Shown here piece by piece: positions 26,695-37,380 of a DNA stretch of 64,000 bases. Source of the stretch: an uncultured Christensenella sp. GTDB lineage: Bacteria > Bacillota > Clostridia > Christensenellales > CAG-917. The stretch lies in the NCBI GenBank assembly GCA_910584155.1, contig CAJTYG010000006.1, positions 67,844-131,843 of the forward strand. Reading direction: 5' to 3'. A program made the position numbers and the translations under genes. Position 1 is the first letter of the stretch; each line of letters begins with the position of its first letter. The notes under the pieces were generated by a model. That model saw nothing but the letters and a program-made list of their open reading frames with translations. It did not search any database and was not told the DNA's origin.

Positions 26695-27654
26695 TCAGTT
26701 GTCCGAGCGTTCACTTTCATCGTATTTTGCATACGCCTCAATTATCCTTGCGACAAGCTCGTGTCTTACGACGTCCTTTGCGCTGAGGCGCACGACCTCT
26801 ATTCCCTTTACGTCCTTTAAAACGTCAATAGCGTGCTTCATTCCGCTCACGACGTTTTTTGGAAGGTCAATCTGCGTCACGTCGCCCGTAACAACTATCT
26901 TGCTGTTTTCGCCCATACGTGTCAAAAACATTTTCATCTGCTCTTTCGTCGTGTTTTGAGCCTCGTCCAGAATGATGAAGCTGTTGCTTAGCGTGCGACC
27001 TCTCATATATGCGAGCGGAGCGATTTCAAGCTCGCCTCGTTCGATAAGTCTGAGATGTGCGTCGCCACCCAGCATATCCTGCAGGGCGTCGAAAAGAGGA
27101 CGGAGATAAGGGTCCACCTTTTCGTTTAAATCACCGGGAAGAAATCCGAGCTTTTCGCCTGCCTCGACTGCGGGACGTGTCAGAATTATCTTGTTTATCC
27201 TGCGCTTTTTCAGCGCATAGACGGCAAGTGCGACCGCAAGATAGGTTTTGCCTGTGCCTGCAGGTCCTACGCCGAAGACAATGCTGTTTTTTTCTATCGC
27301 ATTTACGTACTTGCGCTGTCCGAAGGTCTTTGGAGCAATTACTCTGCCGCTTGCTGTTATCGCAACGGGGCGCACAACGTCGTCGATATCCATATCGCAG
27401 CCGTCCTTTACGCCGTCGATTATCATATCCACCTGCGCAGGTATGACGGACTGCTTCTTCACAAGCTCGGCAAGGGTGTTTATCGCCCTGTATGCGTTTT
27501 CTACGTCAGCCTCGTCGCCCGAAATGCGCAAAGCGTCCGAGCTCGTATAAACCTCGACGCCAAACGCTTCCGAGATTTTTTTTACGTTGCCGTCAAGCTC
27601 GCCGAAAACCTCGTGAAGATCCTCGTATCTTTCAAATTTTATATCTTTTATCAT
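26695..27654 (-). CDS. phoH: PhoH-family ATPase
   Basis: Walker A GPAGTGKTYLAVA and family motif ILDEAQNTT. 319 aa. Confidence 0.9.
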   Translation of the reverse strand: MIKDIKFERYEDLHEVFGELDGNVKKISEAFGVEVYTSSDALRISGDEADVENAYRAINTLAELVKKQSVIPAQVDMIIDGVKDGCDMDIDDVVRPVAITASGRVIAPKTFGQRKYVNAIEKNSIVFGVGPAGTGKTYLAVALAVYALKKRRINKIILTRPAVEAGEKLGFLPGDLNEKVDPYLRPLFDALQDMLGGDAHLRLIERGELEIAPLAYMRGRTLSNSFIILDEAQNTTKEQMKMFLTRMGENSKIVVTGDVTQIDLPKNVVSGMKHAIDVLKDVKGIEVVRLSAKDVVRHELVARIIEAYAKYDESERSDN

Positions 27655-27671
27655 CTTTTCGTATTTATTTG

Positions 27672-28955
27672 TCAGGCTATCCTTTCCTCCGCACCGACCG
27701 TCACCGTCACGTATCTTCCCCCGTCGGTCTCGGTGCTGTCACAGTATTTTTCAAGCACCCTTGACGGCTCGCTGAACTGCGCCACTATCTCGGAATACAC
27801 CCTGTCGTACATCTGCTCGAGAGTGAGGTCGTTTTTCACTTCGTTCTCTATCAGCTCTCTGAACTCATAGCCGTATATCTTAAACGGAAGCAAAAAGCCC
27901 AGATCACTCACGGTGGTGCGCACCTCGCAATGCTCGAAAGGGCTTGCAGGCGCTTTTGGCTGTTTGCCGAACATTGACAGCTTCGTCACCTTTTTTATAC
28001 GCCCGACAGCGCTCTGACGAAGCACGTCCGCAAAAAACACCGTCTTTTTGTAGTACACCTTGCCGTAAACTATGCCCTTTGCCTCAACGTCGAGCTTGTC
28101 CTCGCCAAATACGACGTAGCCGTCTATGAGAGTGTCGCCCTTTTTCACTGCGTCGCCGTAGTCCACAACAGCCGTGCCACCCTCGACGATAACTCTCGTC
28201 ACGATAGCAAGCTTGTTTGAAACTACCTTAGATCCCGACACATCTAAAAAACTTTCATTAGGACGCTCTCGCTTTATTTCCACAGCGACGTGCGTGCCGT
28301 GTCTTTTTACGCTTGCATACGCCACTCCGTCAAGCGAAAGCAGGCTTTTTTCCACGTCGCTCAGATTGACGGACGGCAGCCATTTGCCCACGCTCAAGCC
28401 GTTTTGAGATAGTATGTCGTTTATGCTTGCGTTTAATGCGCCGTCTATGCCAGCAGTATACTCGTCCGTTGCGCTTATGCTCACCCTTGTGACCACCTGC
28501 GAAAACAGCCCTAATGCGACCGCTATAACTATAAGTCCAAGCGCAAAGCCAAGCCTGCCGATAGCGTTTATGGCAAACGGAAACGCACCCTTTGTCTTTA
28601 TTATTTTATAATCATAGCATAGATTATTCAATATTGCAATAATTTGTCCCCGATGTTTTGACGGCACTTCAAACTGCACGCCGTCGGAGGTTATCCCGAC
28701 ATTTTTCACCGTACACATTTTTGACAGGGCGCCCACCGCTCGCACACCGTGCCTTCCGCTTACAAAAAACACCGTATCGCCAAAATGCGAGGACAGTGCC
28801 CGCACCTTTTTCGTATATTCCAGATTTGGCAACCTAAGCACTGTTTCCCTATGCTTTTTTTGTTTGCCTACCTGCCTTTCAACAGTAAACCCACTATCCT
28901 CTTCGAACAAGCGTTTTCGGCGTTCTAATCGGCTTGTTTTTTCTTTTTTAGTCAA
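27672..28955 (-). CDS. yqfD: Sporulation protein YqfD
   Basis: 427 aa with a single central TM helix (LGFALGLIVIAVALGLF). The yqfC-yqfD-phoH order is conserved in endospore formers. Confidence 0.7.
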   Translation of the reverse strand: MTKKEKTSRLERRKRLFEEDSGFTVERQVGKQKKHRETVLRLPNLEYTKKVRALSSHFGDTVFFVSGRHGVRAVGALSKMCTVKNVGITSDGVQFEVPSKHRGQIIAILNNLCYDYKIIKTKGAFPFAINAIGRLGFALGLIVIAVALGLFSQVVTRVSISATDEYTAGIDGALNASINDILSQNGLSVGKWLPSVNLSDVEKSLLSLDGVAYASVKRHGTHVAVEIKRERPNESFLDVSGSKVVSNKLAIVTRVIVEGGTAVVDYGDAVKKGDTLIDGYVVFGEDKLDVEAKGIVYGKVYYKKTVFFADVLRQSAVGRIKKVTKLSMFGKQPKAPASPFEHCEVRTTVSDLGFLLPFKIYGYEFRELIENEVKNDLTLEQMYDRVYSEIVAQFSEPSRVLEKYCDSTETDGGRYVTVTVGAEERIA

Positions 28956-29199
28956 ACTGCAACCCTCCGATAAGCCCCTTGATATACACGTCTCCTCCGC
29001 CTATTTCAACTATCTGCAAGCCCTCGCCGTCCACCGTAAGACCGCCGCTGTTAAGACGGAATTTCAGCTGTTTTTCGCTTGAAAGCAACACGGATTTTAC
29101 ACCGCTCAACATCATTTTGCTGCGTGAAAGCATTGTCAAAGTAAACGGCAATACTTCGTTTTTTATATTTAGTTTTATTTGCATCTCTTTTTTAAACAC
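28948..29199 (-). CDS. yqfC: YabP/YqfC-family sporulation protein
   Basis: 83 aa. LTVDGEGLQIVEIGGGDVYIKG is a typical YabP-fold C-terminus. It overlaps yqfD by 8 nt. Confidence 0.7.
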   Translation of the reverse strand: MFKKEMQIKLNIKNEVLPFTLTMLSRSKMMLSGVKSVLLSSEKQLKFRLNSGGLTVDGEGLQIVEIGGGDVYIKGLIGGLQFD

Positions 29200-29220
29200 G
29201 CTAAATTATATGAACGCAGA

Positions 29221-29250
29221 CAAAAAATAAGACCGTGGCTTGCACGGTCT
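29221..29250 (-). terminator. Rho-independent terminator after dnaB
   Basis: The reverse strand reads AGACCGTGcaagcCACGGTCTTATTTTTTG. Confidence 0.6.
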
Positions 29251-29261
29251 CAGTCACTTAT

Positions 29262-30920
29262 TTACCAACCCAGATTTCCGTCGTCGTCCTCGGGCGGAGC
29301 GTCGTCGTCATTATACTGATATTCTTCGTCATCGTCAGACGCTTCCTCGTCATCGTCGTTATACTCCTCTTCCCTCACGGGCGCAGAAAGTACGCTCTTA
29401 AGATCCGCCCCCAGATTGTCTGCGGCTGCAAGACCGTCGGCAAACGGCATATCCTCTACGACCTCCTGCATATCGGCGGCGTCAATGTTTTCTCTTATGC
29501 GTTGTGCGGCGCCTTTATCCGCCTTGTCGTCGGCTTCGGTCGGAGTGATATTGTTGTTGTCGTCCACTTCGCCTATCTCTTTAAACGTCGTGGTTTCGCC
29601 CGTCCATTCAAGCATTATCGAGCCGATAGGTCCGCTTCTGTTTTTCTTTATATCAAGTATTATCTGATTTGACGGCAAAGCCGCATTGTACTTTGACGGA
29701 TTATAAAGGAAGGAAACGATGTCGGCGTCCTGCTCGATAGAACCCGACTCACGCAGGTCGGAAAGCAACGGCTTATGGTCGTTTCGTTGCTCGATACCTC
29801 TCGACATCTGCGAAAGTATGATTATGGGGCAATCGAGCTCTCTTGCAAATATCTTCATTCTGCGGGACATCTTGCTGACTTCCTCCTGTCGGCTTGCAAC
29901 GGTCCTTGCGTTGTCGTCGGTGTTGGTCATAAGCTGCAGATAGTCCACTATGACAAGATCCAGCCCCTTTTCTCTCTTTAATCTGCGGCACTTTGACAGC
30001 ACGTCGGTAGGTCCGTTCATCGAATAGTCGTCTATATAAATGCCGTTGTTTCCAAGTATTGAGTATGCGCCGGCAAGCCTGTTCAGCTCGCCGTCACGCA
30101 AGCCGCCCTGCGCATCCATTTTTGAAAGAGACACGCCCGATACGTATGCAAGCATACGCTTTGCAAGCTCCGCCGCCGACATCTCAAGCGAGAAGATAGC
30201 GACATTCTTAGGCTTCGTGCGGTCAAGCGCAACGTTGACTGCTATGTTGAGCGCAAGCGCAGTTTTACCCACCGAAGGACGGGCGGCGATTATGACGAGC
30301 GCCCCCGGCTTCAAGCCTCTTGTCTTTCTGTCCACGCAGGTGAAGCCCGTTTTGATTATCTTTTCGTTTACCTTGCCCGTCTGCGAGGCGTTTATTTCGT
30401 TCATCGCCTGCGCAAATGCGCTATTCGCATGGACAAGCGCTTTTTCAGTCTGCTCGTCGGAAATATCGTATATCTGCTTTTCCGCATTAGTGAGGGCGTC
30501 CTTTGCGCTTTCGCATTCATATCCGCCCTTTACGATTTCGTTACCCGCATGTATGATACGTCTGAGCAAGCTGTCACGCTTTAAAATTTCGATATAATAA
30601 TCGCAGTTGGCAGTGGACGGCACGCTCTCCGCAAGCTCGCTGAGATATGTAATCGAGCCTATTTCGTCAAGCTGTCCCTTCTGCTCCAGCCTGTCGGACA
30701 CCGTAACGGTATCAACTGATGTGTTTTCCCCCTGCAGCTCACGCATAGCCTCGAAGATAATGCGGTTTTGCGCCAAAAAGAAATCCTGCGAACGCAGCTT
30801 TGATATCACGTTGTCCGCAACGATATTGTCAATGAGAATGGAACCCAAAACGGAAGCTTCCGCCTCGACGTTGTTGGGCATACCTCTCGTCACTCGTTTT
30901 CTTTCATTTTCTTTTGCCAT
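29262..30920 (-). CDS. dnaB: Replicative DNA helicase DnaB with a 103-aa acidic C-terminal extension
   Basis: N-terminal NVEAEASVLGSILID, Walker A ARPSVGKTALALN and the RecA-like core through ...IMLEWTGETTTFKEI. An extra tail then runs to ...EEYQYNDDDAPPEDDDGNLGW. Total 552 aa. Confidence 0.9.
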   Translation of the reverse strand: MAKENERKRVTRGMPNNVEAEASVLGSILIDNIVADNVISKLRSQDFFLAQNRIIFEAMRELQGENTSVDTVTVSDRLEQKGQLDEIGSITYLSELAESVPSTANCDYYIEILKRDSLLRRIIHAGNEIVKGGYECESAKDALTNAEKQIYDISDEQTEKALVHANSAFAQAMNEINASQTGKVNEKIIKTGFTCVDRKTRGLKPGALVIIAARPSVGKTALALNIAVNVALDRTKPKNVAIFSLEMSAAELAKRMLAYVSGVSLSKMDAQGGLRDGELNRLAGAYSILGNNGIYIDDYSMNGPTDVLSKCRRLKREKGLDLVIVDYLQLMTNTDDNARTVASRQEEVSKMSRRMKIFARELDCPIIILSQMSRGIEQRNDHKPLLSDLRESGSIEQDADIVSFLYNPSKYNAALPSNQIILDIKKNRSGPIGSIMLEWTGETTTFKEIGEVDDNNNITPTEADDKADKGAAQRIRENIDAADMQEVVEDMPFADGLAAADNLGADLKSVLSAPVREEEYNDDDEEASDDDEEYQYNDDDAPPEDDDGNLGW

Positions 30921-31546
30921 AATTTACCTTTTATCGCAAGATATATCGCAATGAGCAGCACTGCGAATACTATCACGCATGCGATGAGCAATGTGTACCA
31001 GCTTGCGCTGTTTTGAGTTTTCATCTCAAGGCTCTCAAGCTGCCTATTTGTCTCTTTGTCCACATCGAAGCAATGCAGATAATATTTGCCCTGCCTCGAT
31101 ATCCGTGCGTCGCTTTTGATAGATTTATAAATTGTATCATATCTCAGCACAACTTTCAAGAGGTTATATTCCACGCCGTCGTGCAAATAGTCGTCGGGCG
31201 TAAGCCTTGCCGCCACCTCTTCGTACAGTGCGGAAGCGTCAAACGACATCTCTATGTCCTCGCAGTTAAAAAACGCATTTTGCGCATATTTTTGCGATTT
31301 CCATAAAAGCGTCGTTGCAAGCTTGTCTTCTTCATTGCCGCTCATAGTGACAAAGACCTGCAGCGCACCCTCGTCCTGCAGATATGCAATGCTGCCAAAA
31401 TACAGGTTTTTAGTGTGGGCATAGCTTTTTATCTCTTCTTCTTTGCTGCCACAGGCGGAAAGCGTAAATATACAAAACAGGCATATAAACATCATCAAAA
31501 TGACACTTAAAATGCTTTTTTTGCAATTTATGCCCTTTCCGTCCAT
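30890..31546 (-). CDS. Lipoprotein with a C-terminal TM anchor, unknown function
   Basis: Lipobox FTLSAC after a hydrophobic signal. C-terminal helix WYTLLIACVIVFAVLLIAIYLAI. The 3' end overlaps the dnaB start by 31 nt. Confidence 0.5.
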   Translation of the reverse strand: MDGKGINCKKSILSVILMMFICLFCIFTLSACGSKEEEIKSYAHTKNLYFGSIAYLQDEGALQVFVTMSGNEEDKLATTLLWKSQKYAQNAFFNCEDIEMSFDASALYEEVAARLTPDDYLHDGVEYNLLKVVLRYDTIYKSIKSDARISRQGKYYLHCFDVDKETNRQLESLEMKTQNSASWYTLLIACVIVFAVLLIAIYLAIKGKLWQKKMKENE

Positions 31547-31557
31547 ATCAATTTCCT

Positions 31558-33342
31558 TTATTTTTCAAAGGTCTTTTCAAGCTCGTTGAGCGTTGCTTCA
31601 AACTCCGACATTGCCGTCCTGTAGGGCTCGTCGCTTTCCAGATCGACGTCGGCAAGACGAATTATATCGAGCGGAGCCATACTGCCGCCTGCGGACAAAA
31701 ACTGCTTGTACTTTTCAAAATACGCACTGCCCTTTGTCAGAATATTGTTTGCTATAGACACTGCGGTCGTAATACCCGTGGCATATTTGTATACATAATA
31801 GCTCGAGTAAAAATGCGGTATCCTCGCCCATTCATAACGGATAAGGTCGTTATGCTCGACCGCTCTGCCATAGTATTTTTTGTTTAACTCGTAATAGTAA
31901 TTGCACATATCCTCGGCAGTGAGCGGCTCGCCCTTTTCCACCTTTGTATGCGCAAACACTTCAAACTCGCTGAACATCGTCTGTCTGAAAAGCGTTGTGC
32001 GGAACATATCCAAATAATATGCCAGCAAAAACTGTCTGAACGGTCCCGTCGCAGTCTTCAAAAGGTGCTTTAGCAGCAGCACTTCGTTGACGGTAGAGGC
32101 TATCTCTGCAACGAATATCACGTAGTCCGCCTTCTGCTCGGGCTGCGTGAGGTTGGAATAATAGCTGTGCATAGCGTGTCCGAGCTCGTGAGCTATCGTA
32201 AACACGTCGTGCACGGTGGGCTGATAGTTTAAAAGCACAAACGGGTGCACTCCGTACACTCCCCAAGAATATGCGCCGCTACGCTTGCCCTTGCTCTCAT
32301 ACACGTCAACCCAGCCGTCCTCAAATGCGCTTGCAAGCACCTTGCCGTATTCCTCGCCCATTACGCCGAGCGCCTCTTTGACGGTTTTTACAGCCTCTTC
32401 GTATGGCAAAGCAAGCTCCTGTTCGGGCACGAGCGGCAAATACAGGTCGTACATATTCAACGTCTTAAGCCCAAGCACACGCTTGCGCAGTGCGATATAT
32501 CTGTGCAGCGGCTTTGTGCCCTCGCCCACTGCCTCGAGCAGCTTTTTATAGCAGGTCGACGGCACGTTTTCGCCGTACATCGCATAGTCGAGCGCACTTG
32601 AAAAGCCTCTTATTTTTGCATAAAACCAATCCTTTTTGACGTTGCCCGCATAGTTCATTGCAAGCGTGTTCACAAAGCCTTTGTATGCCCCGAACATACT
32701 TTCAAAAGCGTCCTTTCTCACACGCTGATCGGAGTTTTGCAAAAGCAAGCCGTACACGCCGTGGCTCATTTCCAACTTTTCGCCCTTATCGTCGATGACG
32801 GGCTCGAAGTGCACGTCGGCGTTGTCAAACATATTGAAAACCTCATGGTTAGTATCCGCAAATATCCCAACCTCGCCTATGAGCTTTTCTTCCTTTTTAG
32901 AAAGAATTAAGTTTTTGCTGCGCAATATTTCCTTGAAAAACACGTCGTATCCGTCAAAGCGTTTTGATGAAGCAAGCTCCTCAAGCCTCTCTTTGGGCAG
33001 CTCGGAAAGCTCGGGCTGTATGAATGATCCAACCGTATCATAGCGCACGGCAAGCATTTCCACCCTGTTTGTCATCGCCTGATATTTTCCGTTTTTTGCG
33101 TCCTCGTCAAGGTGCATTCTTGCAAACGAATACAGCATTGCGATATCGTGCGACAGCGACTTGACAAGTGCGAGGCACTCGGCAAGCTTATCTTCATCGG
33201 CAAGCTTATCCGCAAATTCCGCAAGCCGAGGGATACGTTCTTCCGTCGTAAAAAACGTCTCTTCCCACGCATCGTCGGAAGCAAAGATATCCGACAGCCG
33301 CCACTGATATTTTTTGTCAACTTCTTCTCTGTTATAAAGCAT
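31558..33342 (-). CDS. pepF: Oligoendopeptidase F (M3B)
   Basis: HELGHAMH zinc motif. About 594 aa, with N-terminal YNREEVDKKYQWRLSDIF typical of PepF. Confidence 0.88.
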   Translation of the reverse strand: MLYNREEVDKKYQWRLSDIFASDDAWEETFFTTEERIPRLAEFADKLADEDKLAECLALVKSLSHDIAMLYSFARMHLDEDAKNGKYQAMTNRVEMLAVRYDTVGSFIQPELSELPKERLEELASSKRFDGYDVFFKEILRSKNLILSKKEEKLIGEVGIFADTNHEVFNMFDNADVHFEPVIDDKGEKLEMSHGVYGLLLQNSDQRVRKDAFESMFGAYKGFVNTLAMNYAGNVKKDWFYAKIRGFSSALDYAMYGENVPSTCYKKLLEAVGEGTKPLHRYIALRKRVLGLKTLNMYDLYLPLVPEQELALPYEEAVKTVKEALGVMGEEYGKVLASAFEDGWVDVYESKGKRSGAYSWGVYGVHPFVLLNYQPTVHDVFTIAHELGHAMHSYYSNLTQPEQKADYVIFVAEIASTVNEVLLLKHLLKTATGPFRQFLLAYYLDMFRTTLFRQTMFSEFEVFAHTKVEKGEPLTAEDMCNYYYELNKKYYGRAVEHNDLIRYEWARIPHFYSSYYVYKYATGITTAVSIANNILTKGSAYFEKYKQFLSAGGSMAPLDIIRLADVDLESDEPYRTAMSEFEATLNELEKTFEK

Positions 33343-33392
33343 TTTATACCTCTTTAAATATTTTAAAATTATATGTTTTCGAGAGTTGGTTT

Positions 33393-34880
33393 TTATTCTA
33401 TAAACAAAGTACCGTCTAAGAACTCGGCGTCGCAGGTGAGATGTACGCCAAGCTTGCGTAGAGGATTTTCGTCCGCTTTGCTGAGTATGTGCGTAGAGTG
33501 CACCTCGCAGTTTTCAAGCATAGACAGCTGCTCTATTGCGCTTGCGGCATTGGCGTCGGTTGCGGCGCATATCGACAAAGCAAGCAATGCTTCCTCAAGC
33601 GTAAGCGTATTGTTGTTTTCCTTTAAAATCTTTGTTTTTAAGTCTAAAATAGGTCCGATTACATAGGGCGAAATGAGCTTTTGTTTGTCATTCATTCCCG
33701 CAAGCATTTTTACGGAATTGAAAATACAAGCCGCCGCCGCACTCATTCTGTCGCTGTTTTTGCCTGTGACTATTCTGCCGTCGGGCAGCTCGAGCGCAAT
33801 AGCGCCCTTATCGTTGTTAAGCTTGCTCTTTGCACGTGCGACCTCAACTATACCCCTGTCCGCAAGATTTATGCCGAGCCTTGACATCAAAAATTCGAGT
33901 CTGCTGACCGTATCGGGATTGCCGCTGCCAAGCTTAAGGTCGCAAAGCGCCTTGCAGTATCTGCGGATAACCTCCTGCTTAGATGCCTCTGCGCACGCCT
34001 CGTCGTCGACTATACAATAGCCCGCCATATTTACGCCCATATCGGTTGGCGATTTGTAGATACATTCCTTGCCCGTTATCTTTTCCAATATGCTGTGCAC
34101 AACGGGGAAAACCTCGATATCTCTGTTATAATTGACCGTTATCTCGCCGTATGCGTCAAGGTGGAAGTTGTCTACCTTGTTTACGTCCTGAAGATCCGCC
34201 GTAGCCGCCTCGTATGCGACGTTGACAGGGTGATTGAGAGGCAAGTTCCATATAGGGAACGTCTCAAACTTTGCATATCCTGCCTGTACGCCACGCTTGT
34301 TTTCGTGATACAGTTGCGAAAGACAGGTCGCAAGCTTGCCGCTGCCCGGTCCGGGTGCGGTGAGCACTACAAGAGGACGTGAGGTTTCGATATAAGGATT
34401 TGCCCCATAGCCCTCGTCAGACACTATGGTGTCTATCTCGTGGGGATAGCCCTTTGTGGGACGGTGTATATAGACCTTTACGCCTCTGTTTTCAAGCTTA
34501 GTCTTGTAGGCAACGGCGCCCTGCTGATCCGTAAACATAGTTATTACGACGCAGTTGATAAATATCCCCATAGCAGAGATATTGTCTATCATTCTTTCCA
34601 CCTCGCTGCCGTAGGTGATGCCGTAGTCCGCTCTTATCTTGTTGCGCTCGATAGCGTTTGCGTTTATGCAGATGATGAGCTCCGCTTTGTCCCTCAGCTT
34701 TTGCAGCAGCTTTATCTTTGCGCCCTTGTCAAAACCCGGAAGCACCCGTGCGGCGTGCAAATCGTCAAACAGCTTGCCGCCGAATTCGAGATATAGCTTG
34801 TCAAAATGACTTATGCGCTCGATTATATGCTCGGACTGCTTTTGCATATACATTTCACTGTCAAAACCTTTTTTAAACAT
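33393..34880 (-). CDS. DUF1846 (UPF0371) family protein
   Basis: GFDSEMYMQKQSEHIIERISHFDKLYLEFGGKLFDDLHAARVLPGF is the N-terminus characteristic of UPF0371. 495 aa. Confidence 0.75.
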   Translation of the reverse strand: MFKKGFDSEMYMQKQSEHIIERISHFDKLYLEFGGKLFDDLHAARVLPGFDKGAKIKLLQKLRDKAELIICINANAIERNKIRADYGITYGSEVERMIDNISAMGIFINCVVITMFTDQQGAVAYKTKLENRGVKVYIHRPTKGYPHEIDTIVSDEGYGANPYIETSRPLVVLTAPGPGSGKLATCLSQLYHENKRGVQAGYAKFETFPIWNLPLNHPVNVAYEAATADLQDVNKVDNFHLDAYGEITVNYNRDIEVFPVVHSILEKITGKECIYKSPTDMGVNMAGYCIVDDEACAEASKQEVIRRYCKALCDLKLGSGNPDTVSRLEFLMSRLGINLADRGIVEVARAKSKLNNDKGAIALELPDGRIVTGKNSDRMSAAAACIFNSVKMLAGMNDKQKLISPYVIGPILDLKTKILKENNNTLTLEEALLALSICAATDANAASAIEQLSMLENCEVHSTHILSKADENPLRKLGVHLTCDAEFLDGTLFIE

Positions 34881-34905
34881 ATATTTATCCCCTGTGTTTT
34901 ATCCG

Positions 34906-37347
34906 TTATTTTTTGTCTGCGTCAAAGGCGACTACAACGTCTATCTTTGTGTTTTTGTAAATCTGCTTGCCCTTTGTCGTGCGCCCGTCGATACGTATAT
35001 CCTCCGAGCTTATAAGGTGGGTGTTTCCGCCCTCGCTTATAGCAAGGTCGTAAGGCATTTTGACAAGACTCGCAAACTTCACCTTTGATTTGTCAAGCTC
35101 CACTATCTTCACGCCCTTGTTGTATCTTGACGTCATATCTATCGTCGCAAGTATCACTCGCTTTGCATAGCCGCTGTCGGTGACGATTATCACTTCGCCC
35201 TCATCGTCGTTTTGCCCTGCGTACACGACCTTGTCGCCCTCGTTGAGCTTTATTCCCTTTACGCCGCCTGCGGCTCTGCCCTGCACGGGCACCTCGCCAA
35301 GCTCATAGCGCAGCACCTGTCCCTGTGCGGTGATTTCCATTATCGTGCTTGCCTCGTCTACGACCTCGGCAGCGATGACCTTGTCGCCATCGGCAAGGTT
35401 AACCGCCTTGAAATACGCCTTGCTCACGGAATTGAATTCGCTAAGATCAACTCGCTTCACTACGCCCAAGGACGTAAACAACAGCAGCTCGCCTGCGGGT
35501 GCGCCCTCAAAGAACAGCAGCTTTTTCACTCTTTCGTTTGTGGCTGCGTCCTGATTGACGTTCAGCAGCTTAAACGGTTTCTCTCTGAATTTCTTTTCGG
35601 GAATATCCGTCACGTCTATCCTTGCAAGGTTGCCGAGGTCGGTTATGACATACAACGTGCCCTTGTTGTTGACGGACGCATACTGCACGGGCAGTGTATC
35701 AAAGCTCATAGATTCTATGTCGTTTCTTGCCGTAACAAACGCCTTTTGAGACATAAAGCGCATATATCCGTCGCTGTTCACGACCAAAATTCCGTCACGG
35801 TATTGCACCGCTTCCGCCTCGCTCGGCGACGAATAGCTTATCTGATTTTCGCTGTCCACAAGCACCGTCATACGTGGCGAGTTTTGTTTTTTCTTCACCT
35901 CGGCAAGCTCACGCTTGACAATGGAAAACTGCTTTGCCTTTGAGGCAAGAATACTCTCAAATTCCTCGATGCGGCTTTTGAGCATTGCAAGCTCTTCTTC
36001 CAGCTTTCCTACCTCGAGCTTTGCAAGGCTCTTGAGGCGCATATCGAGGATAGCCTGTGCCTGAGCGTCGCTTAGCTCAAAGCGCTGACGCAGCGTTTCC
36101 TTTGCTTTAGCGGTGGATTCCGCCTCTTTTATTATCTTTATAACCTCGTCAATATTTCTTATGGCAATGAGCAAGCCCGACACGATTTCCGCCCTCGCCT
36201 TTGCCGCCTTAAGGTCATAAGCGGTGCGCTTGTAAACCACCTGCCTTTGATACTCGGAATAATATCCGAGATACGCACGCAGGCTGAGCTGCTCTGGCTT
36301 GCCGTTTGCAATGGCCATCATATTGATAGATATTGCCCTTTCGAGATCGGTTTTTTTGTACAGCATATTTACAATGGCGTTGACGTCGGTGTCACGCTTA
36401 CACTTCAGCACCGCACGCATACCCGTCTTGTCGCTTTCGTCCACGATATCGTAGACGTTTGCAAGCAAGGGCTCGTTGTTTACTGTCTTCATTTCGCCGA
36501 ATTTTGTAAGCAGCTTTGCCTTTGACACGCCGTAGGGCATCTCGGTGATGACGATATTCTTTTTGCCGTTGTCGTCGTTTTCGATATGCAGTCTTGCACG
36601 CACTCTGCACTTTCCGCTGCCCGTTTCATAAATGCTTTCGAGGCTGTCTACAGGTATCAGAAAGCCACCCGTGGGATAGTCGGGACCGTGGAAGATGCCA
36701 AGCAGCTCTTTTGTGGTGATTTTAGGATTGTCGATATAGGCGATAACTGCGTCTATACACTCGCCCATATTGTGAGTGGGGATATCCGTTGCCAAGCCGA
36801 CCGCAATGCCGCTTGCTCCGTTTACAAGCAGGTTTGGAAATCTTCCCGGCAGCGTCGTAGGCTCCTCGAGACTGTCGTCGAAGTTTGCCGTCCACGACAC
36901 CGTATCCTTGTCGAGGTCACGCAAAAGCTCGAGCGCAAGTGCGCTCATTCTCGCTTCCGTATAACGCATAGCCGCCGCCCCGTCGCCGTCCACCGAGCCG
37001 AAGTTGCCGTGTCCGTCAACAAGAGGCATACGCATAGAAAAGGGCTGCGCAAGCCTTACGAGTGCGCCGTACACCGAGCTGTCGCCGTGCGGATGATACT
37101 TACCTAAGCAGTCGCCGACGATACGTGCGCATTTTTTGTGCGGCTTGTCTGGCGTAAGCCCCATTTCGTGCATGGAATAAAGCACTCTTCGCTGCACAGG
37201 CTTGAGCCCGTCTTCCACACGGGGAATGGCTCTGTCCAAAATGACGCTCTCAGAATAAGGCATCATCGAGTTGTGCAAAACATCCTCGAGCACGACGTCG
37301 AGCACGTTTTGATTGTATACGATATCTCTTTGCTGTTTTTTTGCCAT
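34906..37347 (-). CDS. parC: Type IIA topoisomerase subunit A, ParC-like (topoisomerase IV)
   Basis: [12 protein letters not shown], and [10 protein letters not shown] carrying the active-site Tyr. The C-terminal beta-pinwheel lacks a QRRGGKG-type GyrA box. It follows a ParE/GyrB-type gene and no dnaA/recF context is present. Confidence 0.7.
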   Translation of the reverse strand: MAKKQQRDIVYNQNVLDVVLEDVLHNSMMPYSESVILDRAIPRVEDGLKPVQRRVLYSMHEMGLTPDKPHKKCARIVGDCLGKYHPHGDSSVYGALVRLAQPFSMRMPLVDGHGNFGSVDGDGAAAMRYTEARMSALALELLRDLDKDTVSWTANFDDSLEEPTTLPGRFPNLLVNGASGIAVGLATDIPTHNMGECIDAVIAYIDNPKITTKELLGIFHGPDYPTGGFLIPVDSLESIYETGSGKCRVRARLHIENDDNGKKNIVITEMPYGVSKAKLLTKFGEMKTVNNEPLLANVYDIVDESDKTGMRAVLKCKRDTDVNAIVNMLYKKTDLERAISINMMAIANGKPEQLSLRAYLGYYSEYQRQVVYKRTAYDLKAAKARAEIVSGLLIAIRNIDEVIKIIKEAESTAKAKETLRQRFELSDAQAQAILDMRLKSLAKLEVGKLEEELAMLKSRIEEFESILASKAKQFSIVKRELAEVKKKQNSPRMTVLVDSENQISYSSPSEAEAVQYRDGILVVNSDGYMRFMSQKAFVTARNDIESMSFDTLPVQYASVNNKGTLYVITDLGNLARIDVTDIPEKKFREKPFKLLNVNQDAATNERVKKLLFFEGAPAGELLLFTSLGVVKRVDLSEFNSVSKAYFKAVNLADGDKVIAAEVVDEASTIMEITAQGQVLRYELGEVPVQGRAAGGVKGIKLNEGDKVVYAGQNDDEGEVIIVTDSGYAKRVILATIDMTSRYNKGVKIVELDKSKVKFASLVKMPYDLAISEGGNTHLISSEDIRIDGRTTKGKQIYKNTKIDVVVAFDADKK

Positions 37348-37380
37348 ATTTTATCCTATACGCCGAGCGGCGCAGTGTTT

